DNA from: an uncultured Anaerolineaceae bacterium
GTDB taxonomy: Bacteria; Chloroflexota; Anaerolineae; Anaerolineales; E44-bin32
Assembly (NCBI GenBank): GCA_964388955.1
Contig: CAYMCO010000004.1
Location: 2,487 to 66,486, forward strand
Direction: 5' to 3'
Length of the DNA: 64,000 nt
The notes under the pieces were generated by a model, which was not told where the DNA came from, did not search any database, and saw only the letters and a list, made by a program, of their open reading frames with translations. A program made the translations under genes and the position numbers. This document shows, one piece after another, positions 62,329 through 64,000 of this stretch (its first letter is position 1; the number at the start of each line of letters is the position of its first letter).

Positions 62329-62949
62329 ATGAAGACGGCAATTGCAGCGTGCGTGGCCGAAGGCAACGTCTATGAAATAGAGGACCTGGTTACCAGCGCC
62401 CTTGCCGCGGGGGAGAATGCCAAGGATCTCCTTGAGGCCATGATGGCGGGACTCAAAACCTGCGGTGCTCACTTCGAGTCTGGCGAGTACTTCTTGCCGG
62501 AGCTGATGGGCGCCGGCGAGGCCTTTACTGTGGGCATGAAGGTTCTGGCCCCTCTACTGGCCCCCGGCGACAGGACTTCGCAGGGCACCGTCGTCCTCGG
62601 CACAGTCCAAGGGGACGTACATGATATCGGCAAGAACCTGGTGGGTTTTATGCTCGAGAGCGCCGGCTTTACGGTGGTGAACCTCGGCGTGGACGTGTCC
62701 GCCGAGGTCTTTGTCCAGGCCGTCCGCGACCACGAGCCCCAGGTGCTGGGCCTCTCCGGTCTGTTGACCACCACCATGCTGGGTATGGGGGACGTGATCG
62801 AAGAGCTGAAGCGCCAGCGCCTGCGCGACAAGGTCAAAGTGATCATCGGCGGCGCGCCGGTCTCCAAAAAGTATGCGGAGCAGATCGGCGCTGATGGCTT
62901 TGGCAACGACGCCGCCCAGGCCGTCAAACTGGTGCGCTCGCTGCTCTAG
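62329..62949 (+). CDS. corrinoid (cobalamin-binding) protein, second copy
   Basis: Cap domain plus GTVQGDVHDIGKNLV (DxHxxG), SGLLTTTM and VIIGGAP. GGGAGG lies upstream of ATG 62329. Confidence 0.88.
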   Translation: MKTAIAACVAEGNVYEIEDLVTSALAAGENAKDLLEAMMAGLKTCGAHFESGEYFLPELMGAGEAFTVGMKVLAPLLAPGDRTSQGTVVLGTVQGDVHDIGKNLVGFMLESAGFTVVNLGVDVSAEVFVQAVRDHEPQVLGLSGLLTTTMLGMGDVIEELKRQRLRDKVKVIIGGAPVSKKYAEQIGADGFGNDAAQAVKLVRSLL

Positions 62950-63079
62950 GCTGTCAATATGCAGTTGCCTGAGCTTCGGACCTAAGTTCGGACACAATTA
63001 ATAACCAAGAGCTTGAACGACCGAAGCACTTCGGCAACCGGGCGTCCGATCTTATGTATGGCCAACGTAGCTAAGTGTT

Positions 63080-64000
63080 TCAGGAGCACAAACAGACCGG
63101 AGTAGCATTGCCATTTCTGACTCGCCCTTGCTCTGGGCCCTCTATTGGGACGGACGGCAGGCCCGTATAGACGGTCGCGCAGCGCCTCCCCCACCAACAA
63201 AGGCAATCATGACCATGGCCAGCAATTTCTCCATGTTCTCCTGCTTCTTGTTCCCTGGCCTGTCGGCCGAGGACAGGCATGACCTTGTCGATGCAGAGCA
63301 GGCTCTTCAGATCCTTGAAGCTCTGCTTGGTTTTCGTGCGCCGCTGATATATGGGCAGCCCTTCCTCCGGATCCGGGTTGCTGATGACCCACAGCGGCTC
63401 TCTCAGCCCTTTCCGCCACACGCCGGCCACATTGACCCACACGTTGCCTTTGTACCGCAGGCCGCGGTAGTTGACCTGCTTTCCCCGAGTTACGTGCAGC
63501 TTCACCCGTCTGTCCTCGTTGCCGGGCAGTGTCGGCTGATGTCTGCCCAGATTGAGGCGCATCACAAAGAGATTCCCTCTTCGACCAGCGCTTGCATAGG
63601 CACTTCGTAGCTGAATTCGCGGTCCAGCACCAGGATCTTGTCCCCGATCAGTTCCTTCACCTGCCGCAGGCAGCGGCGGTGCTCCAGGTTGCGCGAACTA
63701 GGTTCCGTCTCCAGAGTGCGAGATGAATCGCAGACAAACGCGAAGGGCAAAGCCCGCCCCCGGAATGGTGTGGCCAGGAGCAGCGCCCAAGAGCCGCGGG
63801 TCTTGCCTTCCTTGATCGGTCCCATATAGGGGGTCGCGCGCGCTTGTGGGCGCTCGATCTCAGTCGGTTCGCCTCCGTCGAACAGCATTTGCAGAGCTTC
63901 ACGTGGATCCACCCGGGCAAAGAAGCGCTGGAGCACCCTGTAATCTGCATCCGGACTGCCCGGCAACGTTAGCGGCGGGAGCCTCCTCGCTGGATGTGTC
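63080..64000 (-). pseudogene. IS4-like DDE transposase, frameshifted; N-terminus beyond window end
   Basis: LVLDREFSY (DDE Asp context) is in ORF 63562-63966, which stays open to nt 64000. SFKDLKSLL (DDE Glu region) is in ORF 63080-63565. The two parts meet at 63562-63565 in different frames. Confidence 0.65.

Noticed and set aside
32799-64000. attR: a second copy of the tRNA-Asn 3' end delimiting the island
   Set aside because: Reading through the right half, I found no repeat longer than ~9 nt of 32770-32798. The best partial match, CGAATCCTG, is at ~27237, on the wrong side. The island boundary therefore remains unproven within this window.

Overview
64-kb high-GC (by eye ~60-65%) bacterial chromosomal segment, densely coding on both strands. 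All calls come from motif recognition in the supplied translations and reading the DNA; no database search was run. The left half (1-32.7 kb) looks like core genome. It carries an MFS/PAP2 pair, an EF-G paralog, a Trx-like/methyltransferase/metalloenzyme operon, AMMECR1 and a CPA1 Na+/H+ antiporter with DarA-like genes. It also carries a GH-like protein, MaoC, a class A PBP, an M20 peptidase, an epimerase, Mpg, FabI, a GGDEF protein, YjbQ, a PIG-L deacetylase, tandem UPF0316 genes, a DUF4388/small-GTPase pair, DUF402 and DUF2085. The right half starts at tRNA-Asn(GTT) (32724-32798), followed by a tyrosine integrase and an excisionase-like HTH, and looks like a mosaic integrated island. It contains a transposase remnant, a decayed IS21 element, a frameshifted IS4-like transposase, a KstD-like pseudogene and an orphan gene. 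It also holds a ~20-kb two-arm catabolic cluster (36.0-55.7 kb) diverging from a control region with two identical palindromes. That cluster combines non-pyrrolysine homologs of both MttB and MtmB methylamine methyltransferases, a corrinoid protein, two CaiB-type CoA-transferases, a crotonase, an aldehyde:ferredoxin oxidoreductase, a dimethylglycine-dehydrogenase-like flavoenzyme, an SDR, a GntR regulator and a family-5 ABC importer. A second methyltransferase/corrinoid pair lies at 61.1-62.9 kb. Other notable points are an in-frame TGA at the first Cys position of a thioredoxin CxxC motif (candidate selenoprotein, 5096-5098), a DarA/PstA-like c-di-AMP-receptor domain fused to the antiporter, and a ~660-bp non-coding gap with nested inverted repeats (6819-7478). 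No rRNA gene or CRISPR array was seen.
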